Source: Desulfurococcales archaeon
GTDB lineage: Archaea; Thermoproteota; Thermoprotei_A; Sulfolobales; NBVN01
NCBI GenBank assembly: GCA_023255965.1
Contig: JAGDWE010000020.1
Coordinates: 14,664 to 38,663 of the forward strand
Direction of reading: 5' to 3'
Length of the DNA: 24,000 bases
A program made the translations under genes and the position numbers. The first letter of the stretch is position 1. The number at the start of each line of letters is the position of its first letter. Shown in pieces: positions 15,147 to 23,792 of this stretch. A model generated the notes under the pieces. It had not been told where the DNA came from. It ran no database searches and saw nothing but the letters and a program-made list of their open reading frames with translations.

Positions 15147-15846
15147 ACTTCACACCCTTTAAGAAGCCCATATACATCGCCATCCCAACGATGACGTAGT
15201 CAACACCCAAGCTCTTCAAATATATTAAGTCATTTAAATCCCTCACGCCCCCAGCATATTCCTTAATCCCTCTAACAACGTGGAGAAAATTCCTTAACCT
15301 ACTGTCTACCCCTTTCCCACTACCTTCAAACTCTATATAGGTAAAGATGACGCCAAGTAGGTCGTACCTATTTATTAGGTTAATGGCTTCATAAATACTT
15401 AAGGCACTCTCTTTCCATCCCTTAATACGTACCATTAAGTCATCTCCATAGTCAATAGCAACTAGGACCTTATCGCTGCCTAGCGTTTTAATTAGTTCCT
15501 CGAATGAGTTCCTATTTAGATAAAATAGCGTGGATATCACTAACGCGTCAGCTCCATAGGAAATCAGTCTAGATGCCTTAGACTTATCCCTTACTCCACC
15601 ACCTACTTGAATCCACTTAAACCCTACTTTACATATATTACGAATTAATTCCTCGTTATCACCTACACCATCAGCGGCATCTAGGTCAACTACGTGTATG
15701 GAGTCATAGCCTAACTCGTAGAATTCCTCAGCTGCCTTAATCGCATCAGTAATCACTAACTCGCTACCCCTAACCCCTTTAACCCTTTTAACAGCCTTAC
15801 CTGAGCTTAAGTCAATGCTTGGCATGACCTTCATATTACTCAACAA
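15139..15846 (-). CDS. hisA: ProFAR isomerase (1-(5-phosphoribosyl)-5-[(5-phosphoribosylamino)methylideneamino]imidazole-4-carboxamide isomerase)
   Basis: HisA/HisF-type barrel: PSIDLSSGKAVKRVKG, QVGGGVR, GSGKG and YAGGVRDLNDL. The start could instead be the internal MKVM at 15834. Confidence 0.85.
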   Translation of the reverse strand: MLSNMKVMPSIDLSSGKAVKRVKGVRGSELVITDAIKAAEEFYELGYDSIHVVDLDAADGVGDNEELIRNICKVGFKWIQVGGGVRDKSKASRLISYGADALVISTLFYLNRNSFEELIKTLGSDKVLVAIDYGDDLMVRIKGWKESALSIYEAINLINRYDLLGVIFTYIEFEGSGKGVDSRLRNFLHVVRGIKEYAGGVRDLNDLIYLKSLGVDYVIVGMAMYMGFLKGVKYV

Positions 15847-16693
15847 CCTTCTCTACATTCGCAACTACTATGTCCTTAGCTCCATATACTTTAGCCTTAG
15901 CTATAACCTCTGGTAGGGAGTCCTCATCAATGACTGTAATCACCTCCCATACATCACTTCTGCTTAACTTAGTTATAGCTGGTGCGAGCATTGCAGGGAG
16001 CACTGATAGTACCCTATCTAAGCTTTCATTAGGTACGTTCATCAGAACTAGTTTCTTACCCCTAGCAGCGATGACCCCCTTAATTAAAGTTACTACCAGG
16101 TTTAATTCCTCAGCTATGGGGGACTTCACCCATTCCTTAGAAGCTATGAGAACTGCTGAGGTCTCCATAATTACGTCGATGGGTTTAAGTCCATGCAACT
16201 TTAGCGTGGTTCCAGTGCTCATGACGTCTATTATAGCATCGGCTGCCCCTAGGTATGGCATTACCTCTGCTGCACCGTTAATCCTCACCAACTTCGCCTT
16301 CAATCCCCTACTCTCTAGGTAATTCCTTGCGATCGTATAGTACTTCGTAGCTACCCTAATACCTTGAGGTAATTCGACCACCGATTTTATATTCCACTTC
16401 TCGGGAACTGCGAGTACTATCCTTGCGTGTCCATAGTCAAGGTATAATAGCTCATCAACTAACGCGTTACTCTCAACTACGTAATCATGTCCGGTAATAC
16501 CCAAATCCGCACCGCCACACTCAACTATGTATGGTATGTCCTCAGGTCTAGCCATAACTAATTCGATGCTCCTCCATGATGTAGGCACTATTAACGCCCT
16601 TTCATCGATAGCTAATGGCTTCATACCAGCTAGTTGGAGTAGATTTATCGTTGGCTGTTGAAGTCGGCCCTTATTAGGTATAGCTATCCTCAT
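15836..16693 (-). CDS. hisG: ATP phosphoribosyltransferase (long form with C-terminal regulatory domain)
   Basis: Motifs are RIAIPNKGRL, DLGITGHD and DVMSTGTTLKLHGL. The length is 285 aa. Confidence 0.9.
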   Translation of the reverse strand: MRIAIPNKGRLQQPTINLLQLAGMKPLAIDERALIVPTSWRSIELVMARPEDIPYIVECGGADLGITGHDYVVESNALVDELLYLDYGHARIVLAVPEKWNIKSVVELPQGIRVATKYYTIARNYLESRGLKAKLVRINGAAEVMPYLGAADAIIDVMSTGTTLKLHGLKPIDVIMETSAVLIASKEWVKSPIAEELNLVVTLIKGVIAARGKKLVLMNVPNESLDRVLSVLPAMLAPAITKLSRSDVWEVITVIDEDSLPEVIAKAKVYGAKDIVVANVEKVVE

Positions 16694-17748
16694 ATTACAT
16701 CCCTTAGAACATCTAATACCTTATTACATTCATCCCTACTACCTACAGATATCCTGTAGTAGCTATTACCTAAGTCCTTTATAGCTATCCCGTAGGTTAA
16801 AAGTAGTTCCTTAATCCTCCTTGAGTCCTTGATTAGTATGAAGTTAGTTAGGGAATTATAAGCCTTAATCCCTAAATTTCTAAGGCCATTTAATAAGTAG
16901 TCCCTATTAGATATCAATTCATTAACGATTTTAGCGAAGTAATCCCTATTCTCCAATGCTGCAATCCCAGCAGCTAATGAGGGTGCCGGTATATCAAATG
17001 GCGTGTACGCCTTACTTAAGGCTTCAATAACCTCATGATTGCCCACTATGTAACCTAATCTAAAGCCCGCTAATGAGAATGCCTTGCTTAAAGTCCTAAC
17101 TACAATTATGTTTGGGAATTCATTAATCAACGGGGCTGCTGTATACTTACTGAATTCGTAGTATGTCTCATCGATGACGAGGAACCCACTAACGTTTTCA
17201 GCTAACCTAGCTATGGACTCCCTACGTGCCTTTAATAGCGGGGACCCGGTAGGATTGTTTGGATCGTCTATAACCACTAAGTACGAGTTAGATGCCTTAT
17301 TAATTAATTCACTTAAGTCTAAGCACCACCAATCACCGCATTCAAACAACTTTACCTCATTTTTATGTAGGCCCCTAATAGATGCGAATATATCGTACAT
17401 GCTGTATGTAGGGCGTACGAAGGTTACCTTATCTCCAACTTCTGTTAGATCGTAGAATATGGCTCTTAACGCCCCATCACCCCCTAGATATGGGTAGACG
17501 TTGCTTATGTCCACTCCTACGTAATCAGCTAGCAACTCCCTAAACCTATTAAACAACTTAGCATCATACCGATTGCCTTGTCTTAATACACCAACTACGT
17601 AATTAATCACAAACTCAGGGGGGCTGTATGGAGATTCGTTAAGGTGCAGTCTTACGTCAACGTCTAGATCGCTAAATAAGTACTTACTTGAGTTGAGTAA
17701 CCTAGGTCTTAATCTATCCTTAACACTACATGCAATGCGTGATCCCAA
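16690..17748 (-). CDS. hisC: Histidinol-phosphate aminotransferase
   Basis: Class II aminotransferase: LHLNESPY, DDPNNPTG and RTLSKAFSLAGFRLGY (PLP lysine). It is the first gene of the his operon. Confidence 0.9.
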   Translation of the reverse strand: MGSRIACSVKDRLRPRLLNSSKYLFSDLDVDVRLHLNESPYSPPEFVINYVVGVLRQGNRYDAKLFNRFRELLADYVGVDISNVYPYLGGDGALRAIFYDLTEVGDKVTFVRPTYSMYDIFASIRGLHKNEVKLFECGDWWCLDLSELINKASNSYLVVIDDPNNPTGSPLLKARRESIARLAENVSGFLVIDETYYEFSKYTAAPLINEFPNIIVVRTLSKAFSLAGFRLGYIVGNHEVIEALSKAYTPFDIPAPSLAAGIAALENRDYFAKIVNELISNRDYLLNGLRNLGIKAYNSLTNFILIKDSRRIKELLLTYGIAIKDLGNSYYRISVGSRDECNKVLDVLRDVI

Positions 17749-17764
17749 GTCTTATGATTACTGG

Positions 17765-17778
17765 GGTTTAAAAATTTA
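17765..17778 (-). promoter_or_regulatory. TATA box of the his operon promoter
   Basis: The - strand reads cataaaTTTTTAAAcccc. The TTTTTAAA box is centred about 22 nt upstream of the hisC ATG (17748), implying a leaderless or very short-leader mRNA. Confidence 0.5.
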
Positions 17779-17779
17779 T

Positions 17780-17836
17780 GAGTCAGTAATGCGGGATCTA
17801 ATCACCAGCTTCATTGCGCGAAACTTTCATCACCCT
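17780..17836 (-). ncRNA. Box C/D sRNA (2'-O-methylation guide), dual guide
   Basis: The - strand reads: C box GTGATGA (17833-17827), a 12-nt guide aagtttcgcgca, D' ATGA (17814-17811), a 5-nt spacer, C' GTGATTA (17805-17799), a 12-nt guide gatcccgcatta, and D box CTGA (17786-17783). The 12-nt spacings are canonical. Confidence 0.7.
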
Positions 17837-17857
17837 AATATGGGAGTATTAAATGTA

Positions 17858-17875
17858 ATTAAAAATTTAAATTAC
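17858..17875. promoter_or_regulatory. AT-rich near-palindromic TATA region (aattaaaaatttaaatta), possibly bidirectional
   Basis: It is centred about 26 nt from the predicted 5' end of the - strand C/D sRNA (about 17841). It is also about 26-35 nt upstream of the + strand gene starting at 17902. Confidence 0.4.
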
Positions 17876-17901
17876 AAGATGATTAATAATGTGGAGTTGA
17901 T

Positions 17902-18702
17902 ATGTCCTTAGTAAATGATTTCTGGTCGACTCCTCTAACTAGGTCTGGGAGGTCCGCCTTAGTCCCTAGAGGGCCATGGCAATATGCTATGACCGGGTTA
18001 GGGGCGTACTATAGGGCTGACTTCGACGTCCTTAAGGAATTAGTACCTAAGCCTTTAGAGCTGGTAAGTGATGAAGTATTTACATATCTAACTGAGATAA
18101 TATCCTGGAGTCCTAATGCTGTAGACCTCGCTTTAGATGTCCCGGACTTGGTGCAGTACTCTGAGGGGGCCTTCTTCCTTAAGGTCAGGCTAAAAGGCCT
18201 TAACTACGTGTACTGCCCATTCATGTGGGTTGATAACGACCTCTCGTTCCTTAGGGGCTTACTTGCTGGGTGGCCTAAGAAGCTAGCAAAGATAAGCATT
18301 ACCAGACTACATCCGCTATTAGAGCACCTCAATGAGCCTAGGAAGGGGATTAGGTTAGGGGGCTATATATCTAGGGCTGGTTCTACACTGTATAGGTTGA
18401 AGGTTGAGCTGACAAGCAATTCCCCTACGAATAGCCTTCCACTCATATCCGAGCATTCATTCCTTCTACCCAGGTACTTCCCTGGGGTGGCTCCAGAGCT
18501 AACTACAGTAAATGAATTGGTAGTATTTGATGGCGAATCGACCACTAAGGCTTGGGAGGGAGATGCGACACTAGATATCATAGGAAGTCCTAACGACGAG
18601 CTATACTTCTTTAAGCCGGTAAGTCGTGTAAAAGGTTATTACTTCTACCTCCTCCTTAGGATTAAGGGACTTAAAAGGGTTGGTAGCATTGAAGGCTTCT
18701 AG
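17902..18702 (+). CDS. Acetoacetate decarboxylase (ADC) family protein
   Basis: 266 aa. The N-terminal region (PLTRSGRSALVPRGPWQYAMTGLGAYYRADFDVLKELVPKPLE), overall size and beta-rich pattern resemble PF06314 ADC-family proteins. This is recognised from memory only. Confidence 0.5.
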   Translation: MSLVNDFWSTPLTRSGRSALVPRGPWQYAMTGLGAYYRADFDVLKELVPKPLELVSDEVFTYLTEIISWSPNAVDLALDVPDLVQYSEGAFFLKVRLKGLNYVYCPFMWVDNDLSFLRGLLAGWPKKLAKISITRLHPLLEHLNEPRKGIRLGGYISRAGSTLYRLKVELTSNSPTNSLPLISEHSFLLPRYFPGVAPELTTVNELVVFDGESTTKAWEGDATLDIIGSPNDELYFFKPVSRVKGYYFYLLLRIKGLKRVGSIEGF

Positions 18703-18996
18703 CTAGGTAGCGTGGAATCAAGGACTTAACAAATAATGCCACCGTCTTTTAATGTCCTTAGCGATGAAATAGAGTCCGTAAGCGCCAAGTAGTATATGAT
18801 AAACAAATAGAGTTAAGTACCAATGCCTCTAAGGCAATGATGTCTATGACCTGATAATTCCGAGTTCCAAATGATGGAATACATCTAAGGGCGGGTATGG
18901 AGTTAAATTCATAAAAGGCAGCTTAAACTCTGTAATAATCCTTTATAGTTAGGCTCTTATTATCCGCAAGTAATTTAGATGTAGAGGCAGTTAATA

Positions 18997-19057
18997 AATT
19001 TAGTGATGTTTCCGGAAGGATCTGATTAGTGATGTAACTCCCATGAACTGATGACTT
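18997..19057 (+). ncRNA. Box C/D sRNA (2'-O-methylation guide), dual guide
   Basis: Layout is: C box GTGATGT (19003-19009), a 12-nt guide ttccggaaggat, D' CTGA (19022-19025), a 3-nt spacer, C' GTGATGT (19029-19035), a 12-nt guide aactcccatgaa, and D box CTGA (19048-19051). The flanks can form a short terminal stem (A-U, U-G, U-A, then A-U, A-U). Confidence 0.75.
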
Positions 19058-19093
19058 AAAATAATTCCTCACTAAGTAATTAATTGATGGATT

Positions 19094-19591
19094 ATGTCGT
19101 TAAGTACCTTCGAGTTATTAGATGACGTCCCTCACCCACTGGCCATAATTGCTGCAGGGAAGTACGATGAAGTAGGGAAGAGAGGGGGCATGACGGCTGC
19201 ATGGTTATCGAGGGTCTCCTTCCATCCCCCTTTAATGGCTGTAGCTATATCTCCATATCGTCATACCTATAAGTTAATTATTGAATATAGAGCCTTCACG
19301 ATCAATCTGGTCTCTAAGGAGCTGGAAAACATAACAATGGAGGTCTTCGGCTCATTAAGTGGTCGGGATGTTGATAAGTTTAAGGCGTGTGGTATTGAGC
19401 CATTAAGCGCAAGAAGGGTACTCGCACCTGTAATCCCTAAATCACCATTAGTGATCGAATGTAGGTATGCGGAGGATTTTAAGATAGGTGATCATATGGT
19501 AGTCATCGGTGAGGTAGTTGATGCATACAGGCTTTCTGATGAAGTTCCACTAATATACTTGAAAGGTACTTCAGCTAGGGTATGCTGGTGA
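19094..19591 (+). CDS. Flavin reductase-like FMN-binding domain protein
   Basis: 165 aa. MTAAWLSRVSFHPPLMAVAISPYRHTYKLI....FTINL matches the Flavin_Reduct split-barrel family. A TATA-like cttaaaataa at 19055-19064 lies about 30 nt upstream. Confidence 0.7.
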   Translation: MSLSTFELLDDVPHPLAIIAAGKYDEVGKRGGMTAAWLSRVSFHPPLMAVAISPYRHTYKLIIEYRAFTINLVSKELENITMEVFGSLSGRDVDKFKACGIEPLSARRVLAPVIPKSPLVIECRYAEDFKIGDHMVVIGEVVDAYRLSDEVPLIYLKGTSARVCW

Positions 19592-19596
19592 ATCTT

Positions 19597-21195
19597 ATGA
19601 GTAATTACAGGCTACCAGTCTGTAGCTCAGCTGAGATGAGGAAAATAGATGAACTAGCTAGCAAGGAATTCCATGTAGACCCGCTACTACTTATGGAGGA
19701 TGCTGGCACAGCCATATACTCCTTACTAGCTTATGAAGTAGGTCTTAATAAAAGGTATGTAGTTATTGCAGGCACAGGGAATAATGGAGGAGATGCGTTG
19801 GTAGTTGCTAGGAGATTATATAGTTGCGGATGTGGGGTGAGGGTATTTATAATAGGTGACCCAAGTAAATATCCCGAGCCTGCTAGAAGGAATTACGAAT
19901 TACTTAACGTTATCGGCGTACCGACTAGGGTTATAATGAGTGCAAGTGAGTTAAACACTCTAATCGATGCCTTAATTAATTGTGATGTAGTTGTAGTTGG
20001 ATTAATAGGTATTGGGTTAAGGGGCGAGGTGGGCGGCCTCTATAGGGAGGTTATAGAATTAGTCAACAATGCACGTAAGGTAGTTGTGAGCGTTGATATT
20101 CCATCGGGAATTAATGCCGACAATGGACAGGTTTGTGGCGCGGCCATTAAATCAACTTACACGGTAACTTTTGGAGCCCCTAAATATGGGAACATACTGT
20201 ATCCAGGCTATTACTATTGTGGAAAGCTATATGTATCTAGGCTATCTTACCCTCCAGAGCTTTACGACCTAGTTGGAGTTAAGGTGGAGTTGAATACACC
20301 TATAACGATGCCCGAGAGGATTAAATGGGGTCATAAGGGAACCTTCGGTAAGTTCCTAGCCATTGCCGGTGCTAGATACTATTACGGGGCTCCTTACTAT
20401 GTGGCGTATTCGTTCCTAAAGGCTGGAGGGGGTTACTCGAGGCTTGCTGCACCCAAGTCCATCGTACCGTATGTGGCATCAAGATGTAGTGAAGTCGTTT
20501 ACATGCCCCTTGAGGAGACGCCTGAGGGAAGCATATCTAAAGCTAATTACGATTACATAATTAAGGCTATAGATTTATATGACATAGATATAGTTGCGCT
20601 AGGCCCTGGAACATCACTTAACGCCGAGACCCAGGAGCTAATTCTGGAATTAGCTAAGGCGATTAAAAAGCCGTTAATAATTGATGGCGATGGACTGACA
20701 GCAATATCTAAGGAAGTAGATGTGATTAGGGGCAGGGAAGCTCCTACAATCCTGACGCCTCATCTAATCGAATTCCAGAGGATAACCAACCTTGATTTGA
20801 AGGAAATTATTAACGACCCAATAGGGGTTCTAAGGAAGGTTTGTACGGATTTAAATGCATATATCGTGCTTAAGGGAGCTCACTCACTAATTGGTTACCC
20901 CAATGGAACTATATATGTTAATATGACCGGTAATCCTGGGATGGCTAAGGCTGGATCAGGTGATGTTTTGACCGGCACTATAGCTGCCATGTACGGGATA
21001 GGTTATAGGGATATAGGTAGTGCTGTGAGGATGGGCGCACTAGTTCATGGCTTAGCAGGTGATTTAGCTGCTGAAGACTTAGGTGAGGATGGATTGACCC
21101 CGGATGATATAATGAATTACCTACCTAATGCTATGAAGTTGCTAAGGAATAACGCTGAATACGTAATCAGTAAATACATGCCTAAAATCATCTAG
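19597..21195 (+). CDS. nnr: Bifunctional NAD(P)H-hydrate repair enzyme (YjeF_N epimerase + ADP-dependent dehydratase)
   Basis: The N-terminal domain has AGTGNNGGDALVVARRL. The C-terminal carbohydrate-kinase domain has GHKGTFGK, LGPG and AGSGDVLTGTIAA. The ORF track starts at 19582; I prefer ATG 19597. Confidence 0.9.
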   Translation: MSNYRLPVCSSAEMRKIDELASKEFHVDPLLLMEDAGTAIYSLLAYEVGLNKRYVVIAGTGNNGGDALVVARRLYSCGCGVRVFIIGDPSKYPEPARRNYELLNVIGVPTRVIMSASELNTLIDALINCDVVVVGLIGIGLRGEVGGLYREVIELVNNARKVVVSVDIPSGINADNGQVCGAAIKSTYTVTFGAPKYGNILYPGYYYCGKLYVSRLSYPPELYDLVGVKVELNTPITMPERIKWGHKGTFGKFLAIAGARYYYGAPYYVAYSFLKAGGGYSRLAAPKSIVPYVASRCSEVVYMPLEETPEGSISKANYDYIIKAIDLYDIDIVALGPGTSLNAETQELILELAKAIKKPLIIDGDGLTAISKEVDVIRGREAPTILTPHLIEFQRITNLDLKEIINDPIGVLRKVCTDLNAYIVLKGAHSLIGYPNGTIYVNMTGNPGMAKAGSGDVLTGTIAAMYGIGYRDIGSAVRMGALVHGLAGDLAAEDLGEDGLTPDDIMNYLPNAMKLLRNNAEYVISKYMPKII

Positions 21196-21256
21196 CACCG
21201 CCTTTAATAAGCGAATTACTTAAAAATAATTTCATTAGGTATTAGTAGGGATCGAG

Positions 21257-21724
21257 TTGAGCAACTCGAATGAGATTAAGATAGCTATAGTGGTTGCGGA
21301 ATTCAACTATGATGTAACTTACTTAATGCTTCAGAAGGCATTAAATCACGCTAACTTCCTAGGAGTTAAGGTAGTGTACGTAATTAAGGTTCCAGGCAGT
21401 TTTGAGATACCATTAGCTGTTAGTAAATTACTCGAGAAGGGAGATGTAGATGGGGTGGTAACATTAGGAGCTGTAATTCAGGGTGAGACGAAGCATGATG
21501 AGGTAGTAGCTCATCAAGCTGCGAGAAAGATTATGGATCTATCAATTCAATACGGCAAGCCTGTGGGACTAGGAATAATTGGACCTGGCGCCTCCAGAAT
21601 GCAGGCCCTAGAAAGAGTGGAGGACTACGCTAGGAGGGCTGTAGAAGCTGTAGTTAAGATGGTTAAGAGACTTAAGGAGCTAGGTAAGGCATCAGCTAGT
21701 GGGCAAGTAATTTTTATTGAGTGA
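21257..21724 (+). CDS. ribH: 6,7-dimethyl-8-ribityllumazine synthase
   Basis: Motifs are [35 protein letters not shown] and [10 protein letters not shown]. The start codon is TTG. Confidence 0.9.
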   Translation: MSNSNEIKIAIVVAEFNYDVTYLMLQKALNHANFLGVKVVYVIKVPGSFEIPLAVSKLLEKGDVDGVVTLGAVIQGETKHDEVVAHQAARKIMDLSIQYGKPVGLGIIGPGASRMQALERVEDYARRAVEAVVKMVKRLKELGKASASGQVIFIE

Positions 21725-21730
21725 AGCGAT

Positions 21731-22399
21731 TTGGTTTACACAGCGTTAATAGAATTAATTAATTTCAAGTCTTGGACTGAGTCCCTAGGATATGATAGGG
21801 AGTGGTTGATACAGATCACGCAGTCGGAGATCTACAGCTTAATCCAATCCATCACCAAGGACTTCGGCGGGTACTCACTGCCTCTAAGGTATGACGTACA
21901 AATATCCATACTCCCTCTTAATGCCGATATTAATTTATTCACAGATGATTTAAGGAGTGCTTTGATGAGTAAATCACCTGTCCCTATATCAATTAATGTT
22001 CGCTGCGGACTCCCCCATGAAGTCCTAAGTAACGAGTTTAGAGCTGAGTGCCATCCACGGGATATATGTATAGCTCACCTAGACTTAAATGACTTCACAC
22101 TTAAATCAAGCCATAGAGGGTTATATCATCCGTACGTAGACGTATTGAGGATTACCTCTGAATTAGCTATTAAGTTAGTCGGTAGAGCTATAGTGCAGTA
22201 CCTGGGGGGCGATAACGTAGCTGTAATTTCAGACCCAAAGTATCTGGATTCAATAGTAAATGAGATAATGAAATACGACGTCAAGCTGGGTATTGGGATA
22301 TCTAAATACCCTAGGAAGTCGTTCGAACTAGCTACTAAGGCATTAAGTATTTTAAGGAAGGGTAATAGATCGCTGAAGTACCTAGTGCTTAGGGAATGA
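21731..22399 (+). CDS. arfA: GTP cyclohydrolase III (archaeal, MJ0145/ArfA-type)
   Basis: It resembles M. jannaschii ArfA in several blocks. IELINFKSWT matches IQIDNYGPWT, IAHLDLNDFT matches IAHIDINNIT, YLGGDNVAV matches FIGGDNFMA, and KLGIGIS matches KAGIGIG. It is adjacent to ribH. Confidence 0.75.
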   Translation: MVYTALIELINFKSWTESLGYDREWLIQITQSEIYSLIQSITKDFGGYSLPLRYDVQISILPLNADINLFTDDLRSALMSKSPVPISINVRCGLPHEVLSNEFRAECHPRDICIAHLDLNDFTLKSSHRGLYHPYVDVLRITSELAIKLVGRAIVQYLGGDNVAVISDPKYLDSIVNEIMKYDVKLGIGISKYPRKSFELATKALSILRKGNRSLKYLVLRE

Positions 22400-23789
22400 G
22401 AGCTCCGTCGAGCTCTAATTCCATCCCTCTTGATTTAAGGTAGCCTCTACATGCTCTAATAACGTCGTCTACTAACTCCTTAACCCTCCTAACATCCTTA
22501 CCTTCAGCATATATCCTTACCTTGGCTTCAGTACCGCTAGGCCTTATTAAAACCCATGACGAATCGTCATAATCTATCCTCAATCCATCAATCCTCAAAA
22601 CACTTGCTGTATTTGGCGCCTTCGATTCGATGTAATCCCTTAGATACTCATATACTCCCATCTTCAAGTTACTTGGCACTTTAATTGAGTACCTCGCCTG
22701 TGGGTAATTAGGTATATCCCTCAGTAACTCATTAATGGACTTTCCCTCCTCAATCATCATCCTCGCTATCAGTCCTACCTGGTATATGGAATCTATCCAT
22801 AGACCCCATGACGGATCAATTAACTTCCATGGCTCAGCAGCCATTAATGCGTTATGCTCAATCAATGCCTCATGGATCTTACCTAATTTACTGACGATTA
22901 ACTTACCGCCGTACTTCTCAACTACCTCTCTAACTGCATTACCGCAGTCGATAGAGGCAACTACGTAGCCTCCGCCTTCCTTAATCAACTTGTACTTAAA
23001 CATTAACGCGATTATCCTATCCTGCTTAACGAACCCGTCAACTGGATCTATAACAGCTAATCTATCTCCATCGCCGTCATGTGCTAGGTAGACGTCCACA
23101 TCTAACGATCTTGCTACTGGTATATAACGCTCTAATACGTCAGGCCTAGGCTCCGGCTCTCTACCAGGGAATCTGCCATCTATGTTTGAATTAATGGTAA
23201 TAACATGCGCACCTAAATTACTTAGTAACTTAGGCGTAGTAATCGATGCGGCACAGTTAGCTGTATCTAGTAATACTTTAATCCTCTTACGGATCTCGGA
23301 GGGCATTAATCTTCTACTTAACTCCTTTAAGTACTCCTCATTCAATCCATCAAGGATCGAATAACTACCTAAAGAAGGCCAATCGACGTATTTAAAGGAG
23401 TTACCCTCTATCAACTCCTCTATGTACTTCTCATCACTACTCCTCAATTCAAGCCCCCTAGCGTCAAATACCTTAACCCCATTATATTCGGGCGGGTTGT
23501 GACTAGCTGTTACATAGACACCTCCTATACATCCATGCCTAACTATGCCGTACGCCAGAACTGGAATTGGTATTAATCCAGCATCGAAGACGGTAATTCC
23601 TCCAGCCATTAAACCAGTAGCTAACGATAGCTTGAGTAACTGCGTTGATAGCCTGCAATCGCCTCCTATGATTATGCTCCCTTTATTACCTAGGAATGTG
23701 GATAGAGCTAATCCTAGTTTATGCATTAACTCAGGAGTTATATCCCTCAGGTAAACGCCCCTAATGCCTGATGTGCCGAAGAGCTTCAT
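22389..23789 (-). CDS. Phosphohexomutase (phosphoglucomutase/phosphomannomutase or phosphoglucosamine mutase)
   Basis: The active-site loop is VTASHNPPEYNGVK, the metal loop is AHDGDGDR, and the sugar and phosphate loops are AAEPW and IRPSGTE. Its 3' end overlaps arfA convergently by 11 nt. Confidence 0.85.
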   Translation of the reverse strand: MKLFGTSGIRGVYLRDITPELMHKLGLALSTFLGNKGSIIIGGDCRLSTQLLKLSLATGLMAGGITVFDAGLIPIPVLAYGIVRHGCIGGVYVTASHNPPEYNGVKVFDARGLELRSSDEKYIEELIEGNSFKYVDWPSLGSYSILDGLNEEYLKELSRRLMPSEIRKRIKVLLDTANCAASITTPKLLSNLGAHVITINSNIDGRFPGREPEPRPDVLERYIPVARSLDVDVYLAHDGDGDRLAVIDPVDGFVKQDRIIALMFKYKLIKEGGGYVVASIDCGNAVREVVEKYGGKLIVSKLGKIHEALIEHNALMAAEPWKLIDPSWGLWIDSIYQVGLIARMMIEEGKSINELLRDIPNYPQARYSIKVPSNLKMGVYEYLRDYIESKAPNTASVLRIDGLRIDYDDSSWVLIRPSGTEAKVRIYAEGKDVRRVKELVDDVIRACRGYLKSRGMELELDGALIP

Positions 23790-23792
23790 TAA

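Noticed and set aside
17693-17911. 72-aa + strand ORF spanning the hisC 5' end and the hisC/ADC intergenic region.
   Set aside because: It overlaps the hisC start, the his TATA box, the - strand C/D sRNA and the downstream promoter. It has no domain signal and an AT-rich spacer composition.
18835-18895. ATGATGT ... CTGA ... ATGATGG ... ctaa arrangement resembling a C/D sRNA.
   Set aside because: The guide spacers are only about 7 nt instead of about 12, and the terminal D box would be CTAA. It does not fit the archaeal C/D architecture, unlike the two loci I report.
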